Shown in pieces: positions 28,670 through 39,067 of a DNA stretch of 58,678 nt. The notes beneath the pieces are model-generated. The model saw nothing but the letters and a program-made list of their open reading frames with translations, did not search any database and was not told the origin of the DNA. Within the stretch, counting starts at the first letter, position 1; each line of letters begins with the position of its first letter. Origin of the DNA: an uncultured bacterium (lineage in GTDB: Bacteria; Patescibacteriota; Minisyncoccia; Minisyncoccales; UBA5738). The position numbers and the translations under genes were made by a program. The DNA lies in NCBI GenBank assembly GCA_903847095.1, contig CAINCQ010000039.1:1-58678 (forward strand), in the 5' to 3' direction.

Positions 28670-29533
28670 TTACCAGACTTTGTTGAATTCCCAGCCCTGT
28701 TTTTTGGCATTTTCGAAATAATTTTGCAATATATTTTCCGAATCGCGGTCGGTTTGGTTTTTGCCGATGATATAGTGAAGGCAAAGCAATAATCCCAAAT
28801 AAGAATCAATGTTCAGTTCGTAAGAATCACCCGGTCCGTCATATTTGCAATTCAGGCAGAATATTAAGCGGTCAGGGTTAGGCTGGATCAGCATGCCGTG
28901 CACCGCGTTGGAATAGCCGCAACCGTTGGCGCCTATACCAGCCAGTGTTTCGGCGACTTTTCTGGTTGCCATGCGGCCGAGGGGTTCGTATTTATCCTGG
29001 ACCATGAAGAAAATAAACTTATATTTTCTTAGGTCGGGTATCTCTAAATTCTTGATTTTCTCTTGTATCTGACCCAGATCTTCCCTTAAGAGCCAATAGA
29101 TCATCGCCGCGTAAGTACTGATGTTGTAGGTTGGCGGTTCGAGGTTGGCGCCAAAGACAAAAATGTCCGACGCCTTTAGAAATTTTCCCGCCGGCGGTTC
29201 CGGATTATTCGTCAACAGCTTAGGCTGCCAATTTTTTTTGGTTAACCATTCGGCCATTTTAAGCCCGTCTTTTCCGCCGGAAGCGTTTACGATATAAATA
29301 TCGGAATCGCGCGCCGGCTCGTTTTCGAAAAAAATTTGATAATTGGAAACATTCAAGGCGCATCCGGAAAGATATTGCGCGAAAATCTTGCCGGTATTGG
29401 CGGCGTCGCCGCTTCCCAAAAAGATATTGCGGCCGCTTTTCGGGATTATTAGATCCGGAAATTTCCAGCCGGGTAAATTTTCCAGCGTCTTGAGCGCGTA
29501 ATAATCCAATTTTTCGATTTTATCCGTTGCCAT
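28670..29533 (-). CDS. Putative SIS (sugar isomerase) domain protein
   Basis: IFLGSGDA and IVNASGG loops in an alpha/beta pattern; lies upstream of galU. Confidence 0.55.
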   Translation of the reverse strand: MATDKIEKLDYYALKTLENLPGWKFPDLIIPKSGRNIFLGSGDAANTGKIFAQYLSGCALNVSNYQIFFENEPARDSDIYIVNASGGKDGLKMAEWLTKKNWQPKLLTNNPEPPAGKFLKASDIFVFGANLEPPTYNISTYAAMIYWLLREDLGQIQEKIKNLEIPDLRKYKFIFFMVQDKYEPLGRMATRKVAETLAGIGANGCGYSNAVHGMLIQPNPDRLIFCLNCKYDGPGDSYELNIDSYLGLLLCLHYIIGKNQTDRDSENILQNYFENAKKQGWEFNKVW

Positions 29534-29589
29534 GAAAATCAAAAGTAATTTTTTATTGTTCTACGGGTAAGCCCCGGGAGCATAAAATG

Positions 29590-29680
29590 TAGCCAGAGGC
29601 TACCTTCCCGCATCCTGCGGGAAGAAATGAGGAGGACTTCCGCCCCGCAGGATGCGGGGGAGGATACTTCCTCTGGCCGA
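29590..29680. repeat. Nested palindrome cluster with two CCCGCA-(GGA/TCC)-TGCGGG hairpins inside a gccagagg...cctctggc stem
   Basis: 29604-29624 cttcccgcatcctgcgggaag; 29643-29659 ccccgcaggatgcgggg. Confidence 0.8.
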
Positions 29681-29732
29681 CAGGCGTGGTTTAAGGCTAC
29701 GTCGTTCGAAAAGCTTTTGGAAAATCAATATT

Positions 29733-31700
29733 TTATTTCCAGACCCGTTTTTCTTTTAAATACCAATTTTGGATGCTGGTAAAACGCTTCGAGGGATCAA
29801 CGAGGATCCCGGTGCCGATTCCTTTTACTCCCGATGTCATATAGTTGTAATTTTGGTTATACAAGAATACCGCGGGAGAATCTTTGATGAGCAGGTCCTG
29901 GAAAGCTTCGAGCTTTTTGGCCCGTTCCGTTCCGTCGGTCGTTTCGCGAATCTCTTTTAAAAGTTTATCACAATCGCTGTTTTCGTACAAAGACAGGTTC
30001 AATCCCGGATCGACGACTTGGGTCGAATGCCAGAAGGGGTAGGGATCGGGGATCGAACCCAAAACTTCCCCGAACAAAAGGATCTGGTAGTTCCGGGGCT
30101 TGATTACATCCCGCTCCAAAGTGGAAATGTCATAACTTTGGACCTCGATTTTGACGCCAATCTTTTCCCATTGCGCTTTCAGGGAATTCGCGACACTCAT
30201 CAGAACAGGTTGATTTACCGTGGCGATCGTGAATTGGAGCGGGGTATTTTCTTCGCCGGAGGGGAAACAGACGGCGTTAAGTTTGATCCGCGTCGTTTTG
30301 AGCGCTTCCCCGGTCGGTAGGGTCAGGTTGGCCGGGTCCAGGATCTCGGATCGGTATTTTTCTTGGAATTTGGAAACGGCTTCTTTGGTCTGCGGTCCGT
30401 AGGTTCCGCTTGCTTCAAGGTCGGGTGCCACTTCTTTCTGTAGGCATTTTTGCAACTCCTTGATATCGGCAGTGGCCGTACTTCCCGCTTTCAGGTCCTT
30501 ATTGAATTGGAATGCCGGTTGTTTTTCCACGACTTTGACCCGCATACCGTCGTTTCCGGTTTTGTAGCCGGCATTGTCGAGTAATTCTTGGGCCTTGGCC
30601 GGGTCATAATTATAAACCGATTGAGGGTTTTGGTAATTAAACAGGAAGGGCAGGATTGGCGAATCCACGATCGTTCCCTTGCCATTCAAGTTTTTTTGCA
30701 GGATCTCGTTCTTGTCGGTGGCGTAATTCAGGGCCTGCCTGACAGCCGCTTCGCCCAAAGTTTTGGCGGTTTGGCTGTTGAGGAAAGCGGCGAAATAGCG
30801 CGGAAACAAGAAAACATTGGCCACGGATCCCTTGTAGCGGACGTCAGCGGTTGTTTCGTCCGCTAAATTCGGGGAGAATCCCTGGATAACGCCTCTCTTG
30901 AACGCGGCGACCAAGCTGTCGTAATCGTTAAAAAACATGAACGTGAATTGTTGCAAGTAAGGCTTTTTCGAATAATATCCGGGGTTCTTTACCAAGTCTA
31001 TGGAGGTTATTTCTCCGTCCTTGGTTTTGTTAACGCTTTTCATCATGAACGGACCCGATCCCACCGGGTCGAGATTGAAAGGCGAGAGCGCGAAATTGTC
31101 GGCCGAAACATTCTCCCAGAGATGCCGGGGAATGATTTTTAAAGTGCAGTTTTCCAGAAAAGAAGAGTAAGGATTTTTCAATGTCAGGCGCAAGCTCGTA
31201 TCGGATATTTTTTCCGCCGATACGCCCAGCCATCTTGCGCGCAGCGGGCTTTTGTAAGCCGGATCGGAAATCGTCTTGATGGTATAGATCACGTCGTCGG
31301 CCGTGATTTTTTGGCCATCGGACCAATAAATATTGTCTTTTAAAATAAATTCGTAGTTTTTTCCGTCATCGGTGATCTTATAATCCGAAGCGAGGTCGGA
31401 CACTATCCGTCCTTTTTCGTCGTATTTCATGAGGCCGGAATATAAAAGTTCAACAATATCGCGGTCGATATCGTATGATTCGGAAAATACCGGATTCAAA
31501 AACCGCGGAGAGCCGATCTCCCCTTCGGTAAAAATGCCTTTTTCGTCCGGCATGGCAACAGTATTGTTAAGGTATAAATGGGTCGTAAGAACCGAAAAAG
31601 AGCCGATGGCGCCGATAGCGAGAGCAAGCAGGACCGCTTTTTCCTTTCGGGTGAGAATTTTAAAAAGTTGCTTCCACTGCGGGAAAGTTGGAAATGTCAT
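29733..31700 (-). CDS. Family-5 (OppA/DppA-like) ABC solute-binding protein with inserted peptidoglycan-binding domain
   Basis: WSDGQKITADDVIYT, PVGSGPF, VRQALNYATDK; insert DIKELQKCL...GTYGPQTKEAVSKFQEKY. Confidence 0.85.
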   Translation of the reverse strand: MTFPTFPQWKQLFKILTRKEKAVLLALAIGAIGSFSVLTTHLYLNNTVAMPDEKGIFTEGEIGSPRFLNPVFSESYDIDRDIVELLYSGLMKYDEKGRIVSDLASDYKITDDGKNYEFILKDNIYWSDGQKITADDVIYTIKTISDPAYKSPLRARWLGVSAEKISDTSLRLTLKNPYSSFLENCTLKIIPRHLWENVSADNFALSPFNLDPVGSGPFMMKSVNKTKDGEITSIDLVKNPGYYSKKPYLQQFTFMFFNDYDSLVAAFKRGVIQGFSPNLADETTADVRYKGSVANVFLFPRYFAAFLNSQTAKTLGEAAVRQALNYATDKNEILQKNLNGKGTIVDSPILPFLFNYQNPQSVYNYDPAKAQELLDNAGYKTGNDGMRVKVVEKQPAFQFNKDLKAGSTATADIKELQKCLQKEVAPDLEASGTYGPQTKEAVSKFQEKYRSEILDPANLTLPTGEALKTTRIKLNAVCFPSGEENTPLQFTIATVNQPVLMSVANSLKAQWEKIGVKIEVQSYDISTLERDVIKPRNYQILLFGEVLGSIPDPYPFWHSTQVVDPGLNLSLYENSDCDKLLKEIRETTDGTERAKKLEAFQDLLIKDSPAVFLYNQNYNYMTSGVKGIGTGILVDPSKRFTSIQNWYLKEKRVWK

Positions 31701-31768
31701 TAGTTGGTTGGCGATATACCCCGTACGCCGTGCGTCGGGGTTTTAAGTCAAGAGGATACTTTCTTTGG

Positions 31769-31785
31769 CCCCGCAGGATGCGGGG
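31769..31785. repeat. 17-bp palindrome ccccgcaggatgcgggg
   Basis: Identical to 29643-29659 and to the reverse complement of 44689-44705. Confidence 0.85.
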
Positions 31786-31812
31786 AACAACATTCGGAAA
31801 ATATATAATTGA

Positions 31813-32034
31813 TTACTGCCAAACCAGATTCATCACGGCCAAGGCCAAGAATAATCCGGCTACCGCGATCGTTGCCCAAAATATTTTCTTTTGGATACCG
31901 CGCTGGGAGGTATAAGAACTGCTTTGGTCCTGTCCGAAGGCCGAGCCTAAAGCGGTGCCTCTTTGTTGGAGGAGAATGAGGATCATTAGAATCACAGAGA
32001 CTACGATTTGAGCAATGGCGATATTATTATCCAT
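31813..32034 (-). CDS. secG: Preprotein translocase subunit SecG
   Basis: Two TM helices around ILLQQRGTALGSAFG; RGIQK. Confidence 0.88.
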   Translation of the reverse strand: MDNNIAIAQIVVSVILMILILLQQRGTALGSAFGQDQSSSYTSQRGIQKKIFWATIAVAGLFLALAVMNLVWQ

Positions 32035-32360
32035 AAAATTGCGTTTGTGATGTAAACAATGATCGTTGCCAGGAATAAGGCCATCAGGCCTTGAATATGG
32101 AATCCGGGCGTGGCCGCTTGGGTGATCCACACCATGGCCATATCTATTACTAGACCAAACAAATTTAAAGTCAAGAGACGGAGGGGGAAGGTGATGATTT
32201 TCAATAACGGGTCCAGAAAAGAGATGAGGGCTGCCAAGAATAAGCCAGCGAGAAAAAGGGAGTTTACGCTGCCTTCGATCTGGACGTCATTGATGTACCG
32301 CGCCGCCAAAGCGATACCCAGCGCGCAGCCTAGGATCCTGACTATGAATCTTTTTAACAT
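32001..32360 (-). CDS. Phage-holin-family (YvlD-like) four-TM membrane protein
   Basis: PLLKIITFPLRLLTLNLFGLVID motif. Confidence 0.8.
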   Translation of the reverse strand: MLKRFIVRILGCALGIALAARYINDVQIEGSVNSLFLAGLFLAALISFLDPLLKIITFPLRLLTLNLFGLVIDMAMVWITQAATPGFHIQGLMALFLATIIVYITNAILWIIISPLLKS

Positions 32361-32567
32361 GGGTTTTTGGCCTGTTAAAAAACCGGATTAGATTTTTCCT
32401 TTTGACGAAACTAAAATCCATTTTACCAGAAAAGACGATTTTGGCAACTTTTGAACTCCGTCAAAAAAGCGCGATGACCATATAAGTTGCCGGAAAGCCG
32501 CTATTTACAAATCAAGGATTTTGGTTGAACATAGGTTATCTGCACTTTAACAAGCAGGAGGATGGCA

Positions 32568-33353
32568 ATGAAATTGAACATAAATCCGGTTAGAAAGCGG
32601 GGAATCCCGTTGACGAAAGCCGAATTCATAAGCGGGGATTTTCTGGTTTGCGGAAAAATACCCGAAAAAATCAAAGCCTTGATCATTGATGTCGACGGCA
32701 CCCTTTTTGAGCTGGATGCCCCGTTCTTTAAAGCCAGGCGGACCGCGCAATTACGCTGGTTGAGCCAAAGGCTGGATCTTTCTTTGCCTGACCTGGAAAG
32801 AGCGGTCACGGCGAAAAGATCTTCGATGTCGGTGAAAGGAAAGCGCGTCGGTTTCAGCGAGATCGTTTATAGCCTTGACCCGACCATTGAGTGCGCGGAA
32901 TGGCAAAAAGTAATGACGCAGTCGGCCTTGATTCACAATTTTAGCTGCCGGCTCCGGCAAAATCCGGATTTGGAAGACGCGATCTCCGACCTTACCGCTG
33001 ACCGTATCGAAGGCGCAAAGATTATCTTCGCCACCAATGCCTCGGCCGGGACCGCGGAGCTTGTCCTTAAAATGCTTTTTGGCGCCCGGCTTTTTAATCA
33101 CGGGATGTTCGGTGTAGTGGGACATGATAAAAAGATCTCCAAGCCCGATCCGGCGTTTTTTACCGAGTTGGTCGCTCCTTGCTTGCGCGCCAAGGGTGTC
33201 GCGTTGAAGCACGCGATTTCCATCGGCGACCGGCTGGGCGATGATTGTCTCGCCGCGGTTTCGGGCGGAGTAGGGGCGGCGATCAATGTGAGCGGGCCAA
33301 AAGAATTGGCCGTGGTTTTGCGCGCGGTGCGCGAATTGAGAAATGGAGCCTGA
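32568..33353 (+). CDS. HAD-superfamily hydrolase
   Basis: DVDGTL motif I, ATNA, KPDP, GDRLGDD; GGAGG before the ATG. Confidence 0.8.
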   Translation: MKLNINPVRKRGIPLTKAEFISGDFLVCGKIPEKIKALIIDVDGTLFELDAPFFKARRTAQLRWLSQRLDLSLPDLERAVTAKRSSMSVKGKRVGFSEIVYSLDPTIECAEWQKVMTQSALIHNFSCRLRQNPDLEDAISDLTADRIEGAKIIFATNASAGTAELVLKMLFGARLFNHGMFGVVGHDKKISKPDPAFFTELVAPCLRAKGVALKHAISIGDRLGDDCLAAVSGGVGAAINVSGPKELAVVLRAVRELRNGA

Positions 33354-33452
33354 CCCGGCTCCTTTTTGTTCGTCGTTTGCTTGACCGGATGGATAAAAAG
33401 ATGAATGATCATCACGGTAATCGATCTTTAATAATATAAGCCAAGGGAGGTA

Positions 33453-34352
33453 ATGGGAATGAGCTTCAGGCTGAAGATCGGAGACGAGATCCGCGAATAC
33501 GGGACGATGAAAGGAAGTAACGAAAGCGATGGAGAAGGAGGTTATAGAGGGCCGGTTCCTTTGTACTGGGAAACGCCTTGCGGTCATTGGGATTACGAAG
33601 ATGGCAATAAATACGAATACGGATGCGAACATCTCGAGTGCGCGCGCGAATGTTCGCGGTACGGTATTCAGCCCTACACTCGGGATCGGCTTTTGGTCTG
33701 GATCCCGGTAACTAAGCCGTTGGCGTTCATCATCCTTTTGTTCGTTCATCCGGCGTTGCCGTTCTTGTTGCTCATCAGCGACTTCATTGCTTGCTTTACG
33801 CTTGGATCTTTGGGAGAAAATCGGATCGAGAAGGAGCTGGACGAATTCAAGAAGAAACATACGGTAGGAGGGGTAAAAGCTGAACAGATAGTCCATCACA
33901 CGGGAAGTAAAAACGACCATTTTATTCCAAAATGCGCGCTCTGGGTTCGTTTGTTGCCCGAGATGATCCGGACGGCCGATATGTTGTTCGTTTTTTACTT
34001 GCTTTTGGCTGTTATTTGTCTCGCGGGCCAGCAATATCCTCAAAATATAAGTTGGGACAAGGTATTTACCAATCTTTTTTTCCCGATGGTTTTCTTTGGT
34101 GTTCTGGCCTTGGCGTTGCGCCGGAGCATCCCTTTTAAATGGTTTTTCGATCCTTATTTGGAAACGGTCGTCGAGCCGGAAAAAAGACCCGGAAAAAGAG
34201 TCGTTCCGGCCTGCGCGCCCGCCGGAAAAAAGTACGGAGAGGAATATTTTACCCTCCATTATCCGCCGCCCGCGGTAAAGAATGGCGGGCAAGGGAAAAC
34301 GAAAAGCGCGTCTAAAGTCGCGGAAACCCCCGATTCGCGGTTTATAAAGTAA
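33453..34352 (+). CDS. Hypothetical membrane protein with Cys-containing N-terminal region
   Basis: GGAGG SD, several hydrophobic segments; no recognised family. Confidence 0.6.
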   Translation: MGMSFRLKIGDEIREYGTMKGSNESDGEGGYRGPVPLYWETPCGHWDYEDGNKYEYGCEHLECARECSRYGIQPYTRDRLLVWIPVTKPLAFIILLFVHPALPFLLLISDFIACFTLGSLGENRIEKELDEFKKKHTVGGVKAEQIVHHTGSKNDHFIPKCALWVRLLPEMIRTADMLFVFYLLLAVICLAGQQYPQNISWDKVFTNLFFPMVFFGVLALALRRSIPFKWFFDPYLETVVEPEKRPGKRVVPACAPAGKKYGEEYFTLHYPPPAVKNGGQGKTKSASKVAETPDSRFIK

Positions 34353-34437
34353 TTATGAAGCCGGCTTAAGCTGGCTTTTTTTGCGGATCGGGTGGCGCTT
34401 GACAACGGGTTGGTAAAAAGATAAATAAATAGTGTGA

Positions 34438-34464
34438 TTAGCACTCAAGCGTCGAGATTGCTAA
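34438..34464 (+). promoter_or_regulatory. CIRCE operator (HrcA site) of groESL
   Basis: TTAGCACTC-N9-GATTGCTAA (1 mismatch to consensus), downstream of ttgaca at 34399-34404. Confidence 0.9.
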
Positions 34465-34481
34465 ACTGACAAATAACCCAA

Positions 34482-34670
34482 TAGACCTACTACTTAAATA
34501 TTTTCTACTGCAAGCTTCAGATTATCCCCGCATTAGCGGTGCCCATAAAAACGGCTGCGCCAAATTCATCACTCGTCGACATACTTAGCTTAAGTATGCC
34601 TCCTCGTTCTTCGTTCGGCTCGCTCAAAATCTGAAACTTTCGCTACGGAAATATTTAAGTAGTAGGTCTA
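34482..34670. mobile_element. MITE / palindromic element copy 2 (189 bp)
   Basis: 22-bp perfect terminal IR; homologous to 6732-6893 with a 27-bp insertion. Confidence 0.85.
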
Positions 34671-34752
34671 ATTTAACAAATCGCGCGGCGTTTTTGTTTT
34701 TGCGAATAAACCTGTTCCCGAAAGCAGGGCGGCACGCGGTATTTAAATAAGC

Positions 34753-35046
34753 ATGAAGATAAAACCATTGGCAGATTACGTGCTTATCGAGTCGATCAAG
34801 GGGGAGGAGAAGACCAAGTCGGGCATCCTTCTTCCCGATAGCGTCGAAAAGGAAAAACCCGAACAGGGAAAGATCGTCGCGGTAGGCCCGGGCCGGAAAA
34901 ACAAGAAAGGGGAACTGATACCCATATCGGTGGAGCCGGGCCAAAAGGTCCTGTTTTCCAAATACGGACCCAACGAGATCAAGATCGACGGTAAGGAGTA
35001 TCTTATCGCCAAGGAAGACGATTTGCTGGCAGTGATCGAAGACTAA
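34753..35046 (+). CDS. groES: Co-chaperonin GroES
   Basis: IKPLADYV, TKSGILLPDS, VAVGPG, KYGP, EDDLLAVI. Confidence 0.97.
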   Translation: MKIKPLADYVLIESIKGEEKTKSGILLPDSVEKEKPEQGKIVAVGPGRKNKKGELIPISVEPGQKVLFSKYGPNEIKIDGKEYLIAKEDDLLAVIED

Positions 35047-35177
35047 ATAAAAACGTAAAAATCAAAAGTCAAAATGACGGAGTAAGATGTGAAAATAACT
35101 GATTCGGTCGTTTTAAATTTTACATTATCATTATCGGTTCATCGGAACCGCCCGCCAAACTCATTTTGATCTTTTAA

Positions 35178-36845
<1,668 letters not shown>

Positions 36846-36863
36846 CCTTGGACAGAAGCGACG

Positions 36864-36895
36864 CAAAACCCCTTGAATCCAAGGGGTTTTGTTTT
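36864..36895 (+). terminator. groESL terminator
   Basis: caaaaccccttg-aatc-caaggggttttg followed by T-rich tail. Confidence 0.8.
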
Positions 36896-36905
36896 GTGTT
36901 GCTCC

Positions 36906-36934
36906 TTGACACAAAGAAAGTTATAAGGTATAAT
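36906..36934 (+). promoter_or_regulatory. Consensus sigma70 promoter
   Basis: ttgaca-17 bp-tataat. Confidence 0.8.
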
Positions 36935-36961
36935 AAGGAATTAACAAAAAAGAGGGAAAAA

Positions 36962-37057
36962 ATGCCAAAACAAGCAGTAAATGGCCCTGAGATGGGTTGC
37001 CCCGAGCCAGGAAGAAAGTGTGAAGGTTGTAAGTTTCCTTGTGAGGGGGATTCCTGA
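36962..37057 (+). CDS. 31-aa Cys-rich microprotein
   Basis: MPKQAVNGPEMGCPEPGRKCEGCKFPCEGDS; AGAGGG upstream; directly behind the consensus promoter. Confidence 0.55.
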   Translation: MPKQAVNGPEMGCPEPGRKCEGCKFPCEGDS

Positions 37058-37179
37058 TGTGCGGATGCGACGGTAAGAAAGAGAAATCATGTGAATGCGA
37101 AGCCGGAAACGGCGGATGCAAGGATGGGAACTGCCAAGGCAAAAAGGAGGATCAAAAAAGGGTTCTAGAAAAAGAATAG
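37057..37179 (+). CDS. 40-aa metallothionein-like Cys-rich microprotein
   Basis: MCGCDGKKEKSCECEAGNGGCKDGNCQGKKEDQKRVLEKE; TGATG overlap with the previous ORF and a GAGGGGG SD. Confidence 0.6.
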   Translation: MCGCDGKKEKSCECEAGNGGCKDGNCQGKKEDQKRVLEKE

Positions 37180-37494
37180 ATTATTTTTTATTATAGCGGG
37201 GACTTGATCCTCGTTTTGTTTTGTACTATCAAACGCCGACTTGGACGTTAAAACTTGGCGGAGCCGGCAGTTTAAAACCATCCTATTCTAATCATTCCTT
37301 TTTATTGCAACTTGCAGAGGTTAAACCTATGCAAGTCAGCTTCACGGTGAAACGGAGGCGCGGCGCTATATGTGAATGGCAGAACGAGGCGAATCCTTGA
37401 ATTTTTCCCTGTTTGTTATACAATAATACTGTAATAGAGGCATAAACTATAACGGCCAGCCGCGTAAGAAGCGGTTTTGCCAAAATATTATCAT

Positions 37495-38058
37495 ATGGAT
37501 TTTTTCTTAATTGTTATCATTGTGATTGTGGCGTTGGCCATTTGGGCGGTTCTTGATTATAACGGCTTCGTCGCTTTAAAAAACCGGGCCAAAGAAGCTT
37601 GGTCCGATATTGACGTTCAATTGAAACGCCGGTACGATTTGATTCCTAATTTGATCGAAACGGTTAAAGGCTACGCTTCCCACGAGAAAGAAGTTTTTGA
37701 GAAAGTGACGCTCGCCCGGACCGCGGCCATGGGAGCGCAAACGGCGACCGATCGCGCGCAGAAAGAAGACGCTTTGTCGGGTACGCTAAAAAGCCTTTTC
37801 GCGGTAGCCGAGAGTTACCCCGATTTGAAAGCATCGACGAACTTCTTGGAACTTCAACGCGACCTTACCGATACCGAAGACAAGATCCAGGCCGCTCGCC
37901 GGTTTTACAACACCAATGTCCGCGATTTAAACATCAAGATCGAAAGTTTTCCTTCCAGTATCATTGCCAATGCCTTCGGCTTTGCCAAGATGGATCTTTT
38001 TGAGATCGCGAACGCCGCCGAAAGGGAAGTGCCGAAAGTGAGTTTTGAGAAGAAGTAA
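37495..38058 (+). CDS. lemA: LemA family protein
   Basis: AWSDIDVQLKRRYDLIPNL, AESYPDLKAS, ARRFYN, FPSSIIA. Confidence 0.95.
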   Translation: MDFFLIVIIVIVALAIWAVLDYNGFVALKNRAKEAWSDIDVQLKRRYDLIPNLIETVKGYASHEKEVFEKVTLARTAAMGAQTATDRAQKEDALSGTLKSLFAVAESYPDLKASTNFLELQRDLTDTEDKIQAARRFYNTNVRDLNIKIESFPSSIIANAFGFAKMDLFEIANAAEREVPKVSFEKK

Positions 38059-38166
38059 ATAATTTTTCTCGGTTTTTTGAAACACTTGCACCGGATAAAT
38101 ACGGTGCAAGTTTTCTCAAAAAGCAGAAAAGTTTACAATCTCTGCTTAAAATCCTAAGCTGAATAT

Positions 38167-39066
38167 ATGGCTTCTTTATATACTCAAGCCGCCAGCAATA
38201 CTCAAAAAACCTGGATTTACCTTACCGGATTTTTTGGAGTGGTTATTTTTATCGGCTGGCTTGCTTCCTATCTATTGAACGACCCGGCGATAATATATTT
38301 CGCCGTGATCTTTGCCGTTGTCCAAAGTTTTGTCGCTTACTGGTTTTCCGACTCGATAGTGCTTTCGATGGCCAACGCGACGCCCATAGAGCAAAAAGAT
38401 AATCCCCAGCTTTACCGGCTGGTCGAGAATCTTTGCATTACCGCGGGGTTGCCCTTGCCCAAAATCTATATTATTAATGAGCGCCAGCCCAATGCTTTTG
38501 CCACCGGCCGCGATAAAAACCATGCCGTTATAGCGGTGACTACCGGTCTATTGGAGCGGTTGGAAAAAACGGAATTGGAGGGCGTGATCGCGCATGAGCT
38601 TTCCCATATCGGGAATCGGGATATGCTTTTAGGTACGGTTGTGGTCGTGTTGGTCGGCGTTATCGCCATTCTCTCGAATATGTTTTTAAGGGTAAGTTTT
38701 TTTGGCGGCGGAAAGCGCGATAACGACCGGGGAAATTCGGGACTTTTGTTTTTTCTCGGGTTGGTGGCTATGGTTTTAGCGCCGGTAATCGCCCAATTGA
38801 TCCAGCTGGCCATTTCGCGCAAACGCGAGTTTTTGGCTGATGCCGACGGGGCGCTTTTGACCAGATATCCCGAGGGTTTGGTCCGGGCCTTGGAAAAGAT
38901 TTCCAGCGATCCGAATCCCATGGATTCGGCTCACAATACGACTGCCCATCTATATATTGCCAATCCTTTGCGCGGCCAACAACTCAACAATTGGATGACC
39001 AAGCTGTTTTCAACACATCCCCCGATCGAAGAGCGCATAAAGGCTTTAATGGATCTATCGGTATAA
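38167..39066 (+). CDS. htpX: Zinc metalloprotease HtpX (M48)
   Basis: PNAFATG, HELSH, SRKREFLAD, STHPP. Confidence 0.93.
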   Translation: MASLYTQAASNTQKTWIYLTGFFGVVIFIGWLASYLLNDPAIIYFAVIFAVVQSFVAYWFSDSIVLSMANATPIEQKDNPQLYRLVENLCITAGLPLPKIYIINERQPNAFATGRDKNHAVIAVTTGLLERLEKTELEGVIAHELSHIGNRDMLLGTVVVVLVGVIAILSNMFLRVSFFGGGKRDNDRGNSGLLFFLGLVAMVLAPVIAQLIQLAISRKREFLADADGALLTRYPEGLVRALEKISSDPNPMDSAHNTTAHLYIANPLRGQQLNNWMTKLFSTHPPIEERIKALMDLSV

Positions 39067-39067
39067 T

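Noticed and set aside
32001-32360. Prophage suggested by a holin-family gene
   Set aside because: YvlD-like membrane proteins are ordinary chromosomal genes; it overlaps secG and there are no phage genes nearby.
32751-34292. 513-aa minus-strand ORF
   Set aside because: Codon-aligned antisense to two same-frame sense genes, so it stays open simply because TTA/CTA/TCA sense codons are avoided; no motifs.
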